Source of the DNA: Burkholderiales bacterium
GTDB lineage: Bacteria > Pseudomonadota > Gammaproteobacteria > Burkholderiales > SG8-39
Assembly: GCA_035651575.1 (NCBI GenBank)
Contig: DASRFM010000055.1
Span: forward strand, 3,687 to 67,686
Direction: 5' to 3'
DNA: 64,000 nucleotides
The notes beneath the pieces are model-generated. The model saw only the letters and a list, made by a program, of their open reading frames with translations. It was not told where the DNA came from and did no database searches. Below, one piece after another: positions 1 to 9,157 of the stretch (positions are counted from its first letter, which is position 1; each line of letters begins with the position of its first letter). A program made the translations under genes and the position numbers.

Positions 1-335
1 TTCAGGTTGATGTCGACGACCGAGCGCCACTGCTCCACCGTCAGATCCTCCATCGGCACCGCCGGCAGCCCCATGCCGGCGTTGTTGAAGAGCACGTCGA
101 GCCGGCCCCACTTGGCCTTCAGCTCGGCGAAGATGCGCTTCACCTCCTCGGGCTTGGTGATGTCCGCGGCGAGCACGAGGCAGCGGTCCTTCGCGCCCGA
201 GTCGGCCGCGGTCTTCTCGAGCAGCTCCTTGCGCCGGCCGACGAGGCCGACGCAGAAGCCGTCCTTGTGCAGCGCGAGCGCGGCGGACTTGCCGATGCCG
301 GTCCCCGCGCCCGTGATGAGTGCCACTTTCTGCAT
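1..335 (-). CDS. Short-chain dehydrogenase/reductase (SDR), N-terminal part only; the C-terminus lies beyond the window edge
   Basis: Absent from the ORF track because there is no stop in the window. The reverse complement from ATG at 335 reads MQKVALITGAGTGIGKSAALAL...RLDVLFNNAGMG...VEQWRSVVDINL. It has the TGxxxGxG Rossmann motif and the NNAG motif of classical SDRs, and stays open to position 1. Confidence 0.85.
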   Translation of the reverse strand, partial: MQKVALITGAGTGIGKSAALALHKDGFCVGLVGRRKELLEKTAADSGAKDRCLVLAADITKPEEVKRIFAELKAKWGRLDVLFNNAGMGLPAVPMEDLTVEQWRSVVDINL

Positions 336-351
336 GGGTCTTCTCCTTGGT

Positions 352-1311
352 TTATTCGGCCTTCGCGCCCGAGATTCTCACCGCGCGGGCGCGGCTCGCG
401 CTGTCCTTCTCGATGTAGGCGGCGAACTCGGCGGGCGGGCTGCCGACCACCTCGTAACCCTTCTCGACCAGCTGCTTCTCGCGGAATTCCGGATCTTCGA
501 GGATCTGCTTCGTGCCGGCATACAACCGCGCTACGGCTCCCGGAGGAGACCCGGCCGGAAAGAAAAGCCCGAACCAGGCGTGCGTCTCGACTTCGGGATA
601 GCCGAGCTCGGCGAAGGTCGGCACCTGCGGCAGGAGCGGCGAGCGCTTCGCGCCGCCGATCGCGAGCGCCTTGATGCGCCCGGCCTTGAGCGGGCCCATC
701 GAGGTGGCGATGCCGGCGAACGTGAGCTGCACTTCACCGGCGATCACCGCCGGCACGGCGAGCGAGATGCCCTTGTAGGGCACGTGCACGAGGTCGATGC
801 CGGCCTTGTACTTCAGCATTTCGCCCGAGAGGTGCGGCTGGCTGCCGCTGCCGTACGAGGCATAGTTGATCGTCCCCGGATTTTTCTTCGCGAGGGAAAT
901 GAGCTCGGAAAGGGAATTCGCGGGCAGGGCCGGGTTCGCGACCAGGAGCTGCTGCAGGAGCACGAGCATCGTCACCGGAACGAAGTCGCGATGCGCGTCG
1001 TAGGGCAGCTTCGCGTAGAGATGCGGATTGATGGAGAAGGTGGCGTCGGTCGTCATCAGCACGGTGTAGCCGTCGGCGGGCGACTTCGCGACCGCTTCCG
1101 CGGCGACGATGGTGTTCGCGCCGGGCTTGTCCTCCACCACGACCGGCTGGCCCCATTGCGCGGTGAGCCGCTCGGCGAGCTGGCGCGCGAGGATGTCGAT
1201 GCCGCCGCCCGGCGGATACGCGACCACCATGCGGACCGGCTTCGCCGGCCAGCTCTGCGCGTGGGCGGCGAAACAGAGGAGCGAAGCGACGGCGGCGAGG
1301 ACAATTCTCAT
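352..1311 (-). CDS. Bug/TctC-family tripartite tricarboxylate transporter substrate-binding protein (periplasmic)
   Basis: This is the last 319 aa of track ORF 352..2757. The internal ATG at 1311 gives MRIVLAAVASLLCFAAHAQSWPAKPVRMVVAYPPGGGIDI..., a signal peptide followed by the conserved Bug N-terminus. The rest of the 801-aa ORF is an antisense shadow of the LVIVD gene. Confidence 0.9.
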   Translation of the reverse strand: MRIVLAAVASLLCFAAHAQSWPAKPVRMVVAYPPGGGIDILARQLAERLTAQWGQPVVVEDKPGANTIVAAEAVAKSPADGYTVLMTTDATFSINPHLYAKLPYDAHRDFVPVTMLVLLQQLLVANPALPANSLSELISLAKKNPGTINYASYGSGSQPHLSGEMLKYKAGIDLVHVPYKGISLAVPAVIAGEVQLTFAGIATSMGPLKAGRIKALAIGGAKRSPLLPQVPTFAELGYPEVETHAWFGLFFPAGSPPGAVARLYAGTKQILEDPEFREKQLVEKGYEVVGSPPAEFAAYIEKDSASRARAVRISGAKAE

Positions 1312-1335
1312 CGCCGCCGATGATATCTTAGGGAA

Positions 1336-2556
1336 ATGGCCCTCGACACCGAGTCTCGCAACTTCAAGCTGCTCGCGCAGCACACGCTGAACGGCCACGG
1401 CGGCATGGGCGAGGGCATGGCGATGCAGCGCGCGCGCGACGGGCGGCGCATCCTCTGGCTTGCGCACGAGAGCGCGCCGAAGAACTTCACCGCGGTGGAC
1501 GTGAGCGAGCCGCGCGCGCCGAAGGTCGTGGTGCAGACCGAGCTGCCGCACGCGAAGATGCGCTCGAATTCCCTCGAGGTCTCGGGCGACCTGATGGCGG
1601 TCGCCTACCAGGTGAGCCAGCTCGGGCTCAAGCCCGCGGGCTTCGAGCTCTTCGACATCAGCGTTCCCGAGAAGCCGCGCTCGATCGCGATGTTCGACGC
1701 CTCGGGGCCGCACTCGCGCGGCTGCCACGCGCTCTGGTTCGTGGACGGCAAGACGGTGCACATGGCATGCGGCGACCCGGAGCTGAAGCCGCGCCATCCC
1801 AAGGACGACCAGGTCTACCGCATCGTCGACGTCAGCAACCCGTCGAAGCCGGTCCCGGTCGGCCGCTGGCACCTGCCGGGCACCATGGACGGCGACGACG
1901 CGCCGCCGCCGGCGCGCCTGCCCGTGCAGTTCGACTCGGGGTTCCGCGCGCACAACACCAACGTCTATCCCGAGCGGCCGGACCGCTGCTACCTCGGCTA
2001 CCTGGACGGCGGAATCTTCGTCCTCGACATCTCGGACCGCACGCGGCCGAAGGTCGTCTCGAGCTGGAGCAACTCGCCGCCCTACAACGGCTTCAGCCAC
2101 ACCGTGCTGCCGCTTTTCGGCAAGGGCCTGCTCGTGGTGACCGACGAGTCGGTGCAGGACGACGGCGCCGACTGGCCGAAGCTCGTGTGGCTGCTCGATG
2201 CGCGCGACGAAAAGCGCCTCGTCAGCATCGGCACGCTGCCGGTCACCGGCGTCAAGCCGCTGCTGCGCGGGGGCGGACGCTGCGGGGCGCACAACTTGCA
2301 CGAGAATCCGCCGGGCGAGGGCGCCTGGCGCTCGGAGGACATCGTGCTCGGCACGTTCTTCAACGCCGGCGTGCGCGCCTATGACGTGCGCGATCCGTAT
2401 GCGCCGCGCGAGGTCGCGTCGTTCATTCCGCCCGCGCCGCAGGGCTCGTCCGCGGGCGCGGCGCAGATCAACGACGTGTTCGTGGACGACCGCGGCGTGG
2501 TATTCGCCGTGGACCGCCATGCCGGCGGGCTGTACTCGCTGGAGATGAAGCTTTGA
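1336..2556 (+). CDS. LVIVD-repeat beta-propeller protein, no signal peptide (function unknown)
   Basis: 406-aa ORF with repeated hydrophobic-strand-plus-Asp units (LMAVAYQ, FELFDIS, YRIVDVS, GIFVLDIS, LLVVTDES, VFAVDRH) typical of the LVIVD/COG5276 family. The codon bias is coherent. Confidence 0.7.
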   Translation: MALDTESRNFKLLAQHTLNGHGGMGEGMAMQRARDGRRILWLAHESAPKNFTAVDVSEPRAPKVVVQTELPHAKMRSNSLEVSGDLMAVAYQVSQLGLKPAGFELFDISVPEKPRSIAMFDASGPHSRGCHALWFVDGKTVHMACGDPELKPRHPKDDQVYRIVDVSNPSKPVPVGRWHLPGTMDGDDAPPPARLPVQFDSGFRAHNTNVYPERPDRCYLGYLDGGIFVLDISDRTRPKVVSSWSNSPPYNGFSHTVLPLFGKGLLVVTDESVQDDGADWPKLVWLLDARDEKRLVSIGTLPVTGVKPLLRGGGRCGAHNLHENPPGEGAWRSEDIVLGTFFNAGVRAYDVRDPYAPREVASFIPPAPQGSSAGAAQINDVFVDDRGVVFAVDRHAGGLYSLEMKL

Positions 2557-3470
2557 GCGAGCGCGCGAAGCCCCTGCTGCCCCAGCACTCGCGCTACGAC
2601 TTCGTCCCGCTCGGCGAAAGAAAAGACTACTCCTGGCCGGGAGGCAAGCGGCTCGCGTTCGTGCTGACGACGAACGTCGAGTGGTTCGCCTTCGGCGCGG
2701 GACTCGGCCACGACCCGGCCAAGACCGGCGAGCCGCAGACCCACCGCAACTACTCATGGCGCGACTACGGCAACCGCATCGGCATCTGGCGCCTGCTCGA
2801 GCTCTTCGACGAGCTGAAGCTGCCGGCCGCGCACAACATGAACAGCCTGATCTACGAATACGCGCCGCAGATCGCGGACGCCTTCCGCAAGCGGGGCGAC
2901 GAGGTGGTGGCGCACGGCCGCACCAATGCCGAGAACCTGCGCGGCCTCTGGCAGCCCGACGAGGAGCGCCTCATCCGCGAGGTCAGCGAGACGATCGCGC
3001 GGCACGAAGGCAAGCCGCCCTCCGGCTGGATGGGCTCGGGCGCCTACGAGACGCCGCACACGCTCGATCTCCTGAAGGAGCTCGGCTACCGCTACGTGAT
3101 GGACTGGCCGATGGACGACCAGCCGGTGTGGATGCGCACGCGATCGGGCCCGATCCTCTCCGTGCCCTATCCGATCGAGCTCAACGACTCGCAGCACGTC
3201 ATCCACCGCAAGCAGGGCGCGGCGGAGTTCTGCGACATGATCGTGGACCAGTTCGACGAGATGATCGAGCAGTGCGCCCGCCACCCGCTCGTGATGAACG
3301 TCTCGGTGCACCCCTACGTCTTCGGGCAGCCCTTCCGCCTGCGGCGGCTGCGCCTTGCGCTGCGCCATTGCATGGAGCACCGCGATGCGGCGCGCGTGTG
3401 GTGGACGCGCCCGGGAGAGGTCGCGCAGTCCTGCTACGCGATGAAGCCCGGCATCATCCCGGGTTCCTGA
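2553..3470 (+). CDS. Polysaccharide deacetylase-family protein (PuuE/allantoinase-like divergent subgroup)
   Basis: 305-aa ORF. The TTG start overlaps the upstream TGA (TTGA at 2553-2556). Motifs include WRDYGNRIGIWRLLEL, VAHGRTN and LVMNVSVHPYVFGQPFR. A paralog lies at 19647..20531. Confidence 0.8.
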   Translation: MSERAKPLLPQHSRYDFVPLGERKDYSWPGGKRLAFVLTTNVEWFAFGAGLGHDPAKTGEPQTHRNYSWRDYGNRIGIWRLLELFDELKLPAAHNMNSLIYEYAPQIADAFRKRGDEVVAHGRTNAENLRGLWQPDEERLIREVSETIARHEGKPPSGWMGSGAYETPHTLDLLKELGYRYVMDWPMDDQPVWMRTRSGPILSVPYPIELNDSQHVIHRKQGAAEFCDMIVDQFDEMIEQCARHPLVMNVSVHPYVFGQPFRLRRLRLALRHCMEHRDAARVWWTRPGEVAQSCYAMKPGIIPGS

Positions 3471-3714
3471 GCGCCTTTCGCAGCGCAGCGATCTCCCGGT
3501 CCGCGGAGTAGGGAGCGGGAAAGGGGCGGTCCGCGGCGCGGTACCAGTACCGCGCGTTGGCGAGGTCGCCTTCCATGACGTGCACGATGCCGTGCGCCCA
3601 GCACGCGAGCTTCGATTCCTCGTCCTGCTGCACGAGGGCATGCGCGGCCTGCCAGTCGCCTTTCTCGAGCAGAGAAAGGACATCGCTCATCGGGTTCTGC
3701 GCACCGCCGGGCAT
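3454..3714 (-). CDS. Small hypothetical protein (about 78-86 aa, helical/TPR-like)
   Basis: The track ORF reads MPGGAQNPMSDVLSLLEKGDWQAAHALVQQDEES...GDLANARYWYRAADRPF. Coding-like composition. The more likely start is the internal ATG (MSDVL) at 3690. Its 3' end overlaps the convergent deacetylase gene by 17 nt. Confidence 0.5.
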   Translation of the reverse strand: MPGGAQNPMSDVLSLLEKGDWQAAHALVQQDEESKLACWAHGIVHVMEGDLANARYWYRAADRPFPAPYSADREIAALRKALRNPG

Positions 3715-3817
3715 ACGTAAAAGCTTGTCAGAAAAGAGAATTTGTGACGCCGCAAAAGCTCCCAGGGACTAGGCGCATCATAGCGCGGTAGTCCATTCTC
3801 GACGCCGAGGAGAACGC

Positions 3818-6800
3818 ATGTTCCTGTCCGAGGCTGGGAAAAGAGAGGGTGCGCTGTCCGAGCCCGTCAGCATCCTGCTGGTCGAGGACGACGCGGCTTT
3901 CGCCGAGCTGGTGCGCGTACAGCTGCGCCGCATGCCGTGGATCGACGGCCGCCTGGAGGTCGCCGGGACGCTGCAGGACGCCCTGAAGAAGCTCGGCGCC
4001 AGCAACTATGGCCTGGTGATCACCGATCTCAACCTGCCCGATTCCTCCGGGCCGGCAACGGTGGACGCGCTGTCGCGCAAATGCGAGCAGCCGATCATCG
4101 TGCTTACGGGCGGGGAAGAACCGCGGCTGCGCGCCGCGACGCTCGAGGCGGGCGCCTACGATTTCGTCTCCAAGGATCAGATGAGCTCGCACCGGCTCGG
4201 GCAGCTTGTCCGCCTCGCGGCCATCCAGGCGAGCACCTACCGCTCGCTGCGCGAGAGCGAGGAGCGCTTCCGCAGCCTTTCCAAGCTTTCCGCCGACGTG
4301 TACTGGGAGCAGGACGACGAGTTCCGCTTCACCCGCTTCACGCGCAGCGGCGGCGAAGGCGAAGGCCTGCGCGGCAAGGGGCTCCTCGGCAAGCATCGCT
4401 GGGACGCGGGATACGTCAACCTTACGCAGGAGGAATGGCGCCAGCACCGGGCGGTGCTCGAGGCGCACCAGCCGTTCCACGACCTCGAGCTCTGCAGCAT
4501 CGAGAACGGCGAGGCGTTCTGGATCAGCACCTCCGGCGAGCCGGTCCTTGATCGCTCGGGAAGCTTCATCGGCTACCGGGGCGTGGGCAAGAACATCACG
4601 GCGCGGAAGAAGGCGGAAGACGAGCTGAAGCGATTCCGCCTCGCCATGGACAGCTCGGCAGACATGATCGTGCTGATCGACCGCGCGAGCATGCGCTTCG
4701 TCGACGTGAACCGGACCGCCTGCAGGCTCCTCGGCTATTCGCGCGACGAGTTGCTGGCGCTCGGTCCGCAGGACGTGTTGCCGGTGAGCCGGGAACAGCT
4801 CGAGGCCACCTACGACGGCCTGATCGCGGACCCGAGCGCCGTCAGCGGGATGAACAGCCACTACCGCTGCAAGGACGGCAGCCTGCTGCCATTCGAATCG
4901 ACGCGCCGGGTGCTGCGCTCCGGCGATTCCTGGATCATCGCCGCGATTTCCCGCGACATCCGCGAACGCATCGCAAGCGAGGAGGCGCTGCGGCGCAACA
5001 GCGCCCGCCTGGCCGAGATCATCGCCGTCCAGGCGCGGCTCGCCGACGCGCAGCTCGACCTCGACGCGGTCTGCGATCTGTTGGTCGCTGCGGCGCTGAA
5101 GGTCATCGGCGTCGGCGCAGCAGCCATCCAGTTCGTCGACGACGGCCAGTTCGTCTACCGCGCCGCTACCGACGGCGCCCGTCACCTGATCGGCATGCGC
5201 ACGCCCATGCGGGGCAATTTCTCCGCGGCGGTGGTCTCCAGTGGCCAGCCGGTGAAGTGCGACGATGCCGAAAACGACCCGCGCATCGACCCGGCCGCCG
5301 CCCGGCGTTCGGGTGCGAGGGCGCTGATCGGCGCGCCCCTGCAGCACGAGGGAAAGGTCATCGGCGTGCTGAAGCTCATGGCGCCTACGGCCGGAATCTT
5401 CACGGAAGACCATGTGCACGTGCTCCAGGTGCTCGCCGGCATCGCGGGAAGCTCGATCCAGCGCACGCAGGCGCAGGCCGCCCTGCGTTCGAGCGAGGCG
5501 CGTTTCCGCGGTCTCACCAACCTGTCCGCCGATTTCTACTGGGAAGCGGACGCCGAGCACAGGATTACGCGCACCACCTACGAGGACAAGCACGCCCGGA
5601 CCCTCAGAACGCAGTCCCAGGTGGGCAAGCGGCGCTGGGAGCTGCCTTCGGTGTACCCGGATCCTGCGGGATGGCAGGCGCATCGCGCGCTGCTCGAGGA
5701 GCGTCGGCCGTTTCGGGATTTCGAGCTGGCGCGGGTCGATGACGACGGCTCGGAGCGCTGGTTCTCGGTGAGCGGCGAGCCGGTATTCGACGTGGAGGGC
5801 CGCTTCACCGGCTATCGCGGCGTGGGCCGGGACATCAGCGAGCGCAAGCGCGAAGAGCGCCTCGTGGCGCTGGAGCACGCAGTCACCCGCGCGCTCGCAG
5901 AGGCGAGCACCAGCTCGGCGGCAATCCGCACGGTGATGCAGACGGTTTGCGAGAGCGAAGGGTTCGGCTGCGGGCGCTACTTCTATGTCGACGAGGAGGC
6001 CCAGCTTCTGCGCTTCGCGGAAGCCTGGGCGATCAAAGACCCGGACGTCGAGCGCTTCGTCGCCAAGTCGAGCTCGGTGGTGTATCGCAAGGGTCAGGGG
6101 CTTTCCGGGCATGCCTGGCAGACCGGCGAGCCGCTGTGGGTGCGCGATGCGAGCAGCGATTCCCGCGCGTCCGGGTCCACCGGGCCCGGGACGCAGGGCG
6201 GCAGCATGATCTGGCCGGTGACGGCCGGCGGCAGGACGATCGGCGTGCTGAGCTTCTCGAGCGGCAAGGTGCGCGACCCGGACGAGCGGCTGCTGCGCAT
6301 GTTCAGTGTCATTGGCAGCCAGGTCGGGCAGTTCCTGCAGCGCAAACAGGCGGAGTCCGAGGTGCTGCGAAGCGAGGCCTCGTTCCGGCAGACCTTCGAG
6401 CTGGCCGGTTCGGGCATCGCGCATGTGGCGATGGACGGACGGTTCCTGCGCGTGAACCGCAAACTGTGCGACATCCTGGGCTATTCCGAGCGCGAGCTCA
6501 TGGGGCTCACCGTGAAGCAGGTGTCCCATCCCGAAGATCGGGACCTCACCGACGCCGGCCGCATGCGCCTGCACACCGGCGAGGCGGATTCCATGCGTTT
6601 CAGAAAGCGCTATCTGCGCAAGCAGGGCAGCGTGGTGTGGGTGGACATGACCATTTCGCCGGTGCGCGACGCGAACGGCGCGACCCAATACGAGATCGCG
6701 GTTCTGGACGACATCACGTTCCAGCAGGAAGCCGCCGAGCGCCAGGCCACCCACTTGCGGTATCAGGAGCGCATTGCGCGCCTCGGCCAGTCGGCGCTCG

Positions 6801-8524
6801 GCAAGGGCGATGCCGCGGACCTCCTGCACCAGGCGGTCCGGATGCTGCACATCACGCTCGATGCCGATGCGGTCGCCTACCTCGAGGCCGGGCAGGACGG
6901 TTCGCAGCTCGCAGTACGGGCGATCGAGGGCGTGTCCCGCGCGCAGGCGGGCGATGTCGTCGACTGCGCCGAGGGCGACGCCGCGCTGCAGGTCATCCGG
7001 TCGGAGTCGCGCTCGATCGGGAAGGGCTCGGCCGCGCTCTCGGCTCCATGGGCCGAGGCGCTGCGCTGCGCGGCCCTGATTCCCGTCCACGGCGTGGATG
7101 GTGCGCGAGGACTGCTCCTGACCGGATATCGACGCGCCGACTCCATCGCGCCCGAGGACATCAACTTCATCGAAGCCGCGGCCGGCGTGCTGTCGACCGG
7201 GCTGCAGCGCATCGAGAGCGAGAGTCGGCTTGCGTTCCTCGCGCAATTCGACCCGTTGACCGGGCTGCCGAACCGCGCGCTGCTCTCGGACCGCTTTTCG
7301 CAGATGATCGTGCAGGCGCGCCGGCACGGATCGCGCCTCGGGGTGCTGTTCGTCGACCTGGACGGATTCAAGCTCGTCAACGACACGCTGGGCCACGCCG
7401 GCGGCGACGAGCTGCTGAAGGAAGCCGCGGTGCGGCTGCAATCGGTCGTCCGGCCGGGCGATACCGTCGCGCGCATCAGCGGCGACGAATTCGCCGTGGT
7501 GCTCGCCGACCTGGCGCGCCAGGAGGACGCGGCGCTGGTGGCCCAGAAAGTCATCGACCGCCTCGCCGCCCCCGTGGCGGTGCACGGCCAGGAGGTATTC
7601 GTCACGGCGAGCATCGGTGTCGCCACGTTCCCAGGCGATGGCGAGGACGCCGAAACCCTGATCGGCGCTGCCGACGCCGCCATGTACCGTGCGAAGCAGG
7701 CCGGCCGCAACGCCTTCCAGTTCTTCACCGCCGAGATCAACGCGCGCTCGCGCGCCAGGGCGCAGATGGGCGTGGAGCTGCGCCATGCGCTGGAGCGGCG
7801 CGAGTTCCTGCTGCTCTTCCAGCCCAAGTTCGACCTCGCTTCCGGCAAGCCGTGCGCGGCGGAGGCGCTGCTGCGCTGGAAGCATCCCGAACGCGGCATC
7901 GTCTCGCCGGCGGAGTTCATCCCGGTGCTCGAGGAGACGGGCCTCATCGTCGAGGTCGGCGAGTGGGTGCTGCAGCGTGCCTGCCAGGAGATCAAGGATG
8001 CCGTCGCCGCCGGCTGCGCCGCGATGCCGATCGCAGTCAACATCTCCGCGCGCCAGTTCAGGCAGCAGGACCTGGACAAGCGCCTGCGCGCCATCGTGCA
8101 GGCAAACGGCGTCGATTCTTCGCTCGTCGAGCTCGAGATCACGGAGAGCCAGCTGATGCACGATCCGGCGCACGCCATCCGCATCATGCGCGCTCTCGCA
8201 GAAGCCGGAATCCGCGTGGCTATCGACGATTTCGGCACGGGGTATTCCAGCCTCGCTTACCTGAGCCGATTCCCGGTGAGCTCGCTGAAGGTGGACCGCT
8301 CCTTCGTCGCCGGCCTGATGAAAGAGGGCGGCGATGCCACCATCGTGAAGACCATCATCGACATGGCGCACAGCCTGCGCTTCACGGTCGTGGCCGAAGG
8401 CGTCGAAACGCAGGAGCAGGCGGAGGCGCTGCGCCGCCTGGGCTGCGAGCAGGCCCAGGGCTTTCTCTTCGCGAGGCCGCTATCCTCGGCGGACTATCGC
8501 GCGCTGCTCGCAAAAAGCGGGTAG
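3818..8524 (+). CDS. Multidomain c-di-GMP signalling protein: REC receiver, alternating PAS and GAF domains, then GGDEF and EAL
   Basis: 1568-aa ORF with GAGGAG upstream of the ATG. Receiver motifs: LLVEDD, VITDLNLPD, DFVSKD. Several PAS blocks and three GAF-like blocks. GGDEF region ...RPGDTVARISGDEFAVVL (SGDEF at 7478-7492, RxxD at 7451-7462). EAL motifs: EALLRW (from 7862), DDFGTGYSSL, KVDRSFV, EGVETQEQ, QGFLFARP. Confidence 0.95.
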   Translation: MFLSEAGKREGALSEPVSILLVEDDAAFAELVRVQLRRMPWIDGRLEVAGTLQDALKKLGASNYGLVITDLNLPDSSGPATVDALSRKCEQPIIVLTGGEEPRLRAATLEAGAYDFVSKDQMSSHRLGQLVRLAAIQASTYRSLRESEERFRSLSKLSADVYWEQDDEFRFTRFTRSGGEGEGLRGKGLLGKHRWDAGYVNLTQEEWRQHRAVLEAHQPFHDLELCSIENGEAFWISTSGEPVLDRSGSFIGYRGVGKNITARKKAEDELKRFRLAMDSSADMIVLIDRASMRFVDVNRTACRLLGYSRDELLALGPQDVLPVSREQLEATYDGLIADPSAVSGMNSHYRCKDGSLLPFESTRRVLRSGDSWIIAAISRDIRERIASEEALRRNSARLAEIIAVQARLADAQLDLDAVCDLLVAAALKVIGVGAAAIQFVDDGQFVYRAATDGARHLIGMRTPMRGNFSAAVVSSGQPVKCDDAENDPRIDPAAARRSGARALIGAPLQHEGKVIGVLKLMAPTAGIFTEDHVHVLQVLAGIAGSSIQRTQAQAALRSSEARFRGLTNLSADFYWEADAEHRITRTTYEDKHARTLRTQSQVGKRRWELPSVYPDPAGWQAHRALLEERRPFRDFELARVDDDGSERWFSVSGEPVFDVEGRFTGYRGVGRDISERKREERLVALEHAVTRALAEASTSSAAIRTVMQTVCESEGFGCGRYFYVDEEAQLLRFAEAWAIKDPDVERFVAKSSSVVYRKGQGLSGHAWQTGEPLWVRDASSDSRASGSTGPGTQGGSMIWPVTAGGRTIGVLSFSSGKVRDPDERLLRMFSVIGSQVGQFLQRKQAESEVLRSEASFRQTFELAGSGIAHVAMDGRFLRVNRKLCDILGYSERELMGLTVKQVSHPEDRDLTDAGRMRLHTGEADSMRFRKRYLRKQGSVVWVDMTISPVRDANGATQYEIAVLDDITFQQEAAERQATHLRYQERIARLGQSALGKGDAADLLHQAVRMLHITLDADAVAYLEAGQDGSQLAVRAIEGVSRAQAGDVVDCAEGDAALQVIRSESRSIGKGSAALSAPWAEALRCAALIPVHGVDGARGLLLTGYRRADSIAPEDINFIEAAAGVLSTGLQRIESESRLAFLAQFDPLTGLPNRALLSDRFSQMIVQARRHGSRLGVLFVDLDGFKLVNDTLGHAGGDELLKEAAVRLQSVVRPGDTVARISGDEFAVVLADLARQEDAALVAQKVIDRLAAPVAVHGQEVFVTASIGVATFPGDGEDAETLIGAADAAMYRAKQAGRNAFQFFTAEINARSRARAQMGVELRHALERREFLLLFQPKFDLASGKPCAAEALLRWKHPERGIVSPAEFIPVLEETGLIVEVGEWVLQRACQEIKDAVAAGCAAMPIAVNISARQFRQQDLDKRLRAIVQANGVDSSLVELEITESQLMHDPAHAIRIMRALAEAGIRVAIDDFGTGYSSLAYLSRFPVSSLKVDRSFVAGLMKEGGDATIVKTIIDMAHSLRFTVVAEGVETQEQAEALRRLGCEQAQGFLFARPLSSADYRALLAKSG

Positions 8525-8530
8525 CGGCGG

Positions 8531-9148
8531 CTACTCGCGCAGGGCGCGTGCTTCCTTCGCCTTGGGCCGCTCGACGCTCGCCGCGAGCCATTTCTGGAGA
8601 TGCGGATACCTGGAGAGGTCGTATTTGATCGCGAAGAACGTGTAGCACACGCTCGCGACCATGAAATCGGCCATGTTCCAGGACTCGCCGCCGAAGAACC
8701 GGTTCCTGGAAAGATGGTCGTCGAGAACCTTCAGGCGGGGCTGCAGCTTCGCGTCGGCCTCCTCGGCGAGCGCGGCGTTCCTCTTCTCCGGCGGGAACAT
8801 CACGCGGTTCTGCATCACGGTGATCATGTTCGGCTCGACGTCGTTCGCGATGTAGAAGGCCCATTGCAGCACCCGCCCGCGGCCCTTCGCGTCCGCCGGC
8901 CAGAGCGGGCTCCTGTACTTCTCCGCGAGGTACAGGTTGATCGCCGCCGACTCCCACAGGCAGAAGCCGTCGTCGTCGATCGCCGGGATCCGGGCGTTCG
9001 GGTTGATCTCCTGGAACCACGGCTCCTTGCACTGCGCGCCCTCGACGTTGATCGTGACGTTGACATGCTCGTAGGGAATGTTCGATTCCTTGCAGAGCCA
9101 CGCCACGCGGAACGCCCGCGAGCGGTACTGGCCGTAGAGCTTCAGCAT
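8531..9148 (-). CDS. Glutathione S-transferase family protein
   Basis: 205-aa ORF MLKLYGQYRSRAFRVAWL...IPAIDDDGFCLWESAAINLYLAEKY, showing the GST N-terminal thioredoxin-like fold signature followed by a helical C-domain. Confidence 0.85.
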   Translation of the reverse strand: MLKLYGQYRSRAFRVAWLCKESNIPYEHVNVTINVEGAQCKEPWFQEINPNARIPAIDDDGFCLWESAAINLYLAEKYRSPLWPADAKGRGRVLQWAFYIANDVEPNMITVMQNRVMFPPEKRNAALAEEADAKLQPRLKVLDDHLSRNRFFGGESWNMADFMVASVCYTFFAIKYDLSRYPHLQKWLAASVERPKAKEARALRE

Positions 9149-9157
9149 GCGCCTCCC

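Noticed and set aside
7-1323. 438-aa plus-strand ORF covering the SDR and Bug genes
   Set aside because: The opposite strand encodes clear SDR and Bug-family proteins with signal peptide and motifs. The plus-strand translation is Arg/Gly-rich nonsense.
3728-8371. 1547-aa ORF on the minus strand, almost as long as the GGDEF/EAL gene it overlaps
   Set aside because: It is antisense to a gene with unambiguous REC/PAS/GAF/GGDEF/EAL motifs. Its translation is Arg/Ala/Gly/His-rich low-information sequence with no recognisable domain. This is a typical high-GC shadow ORF.
5947-8628. 893-aa plus-strand alternate-frame ORF inside the GGDEF/EAL gene
   Set aside because: It is an out-of-frame overlap with a well-supported gene. 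Its extreme Arg/Ala/Gly/Pro composition is characteristic of an off-frame reading of GC-rich coding DNA.
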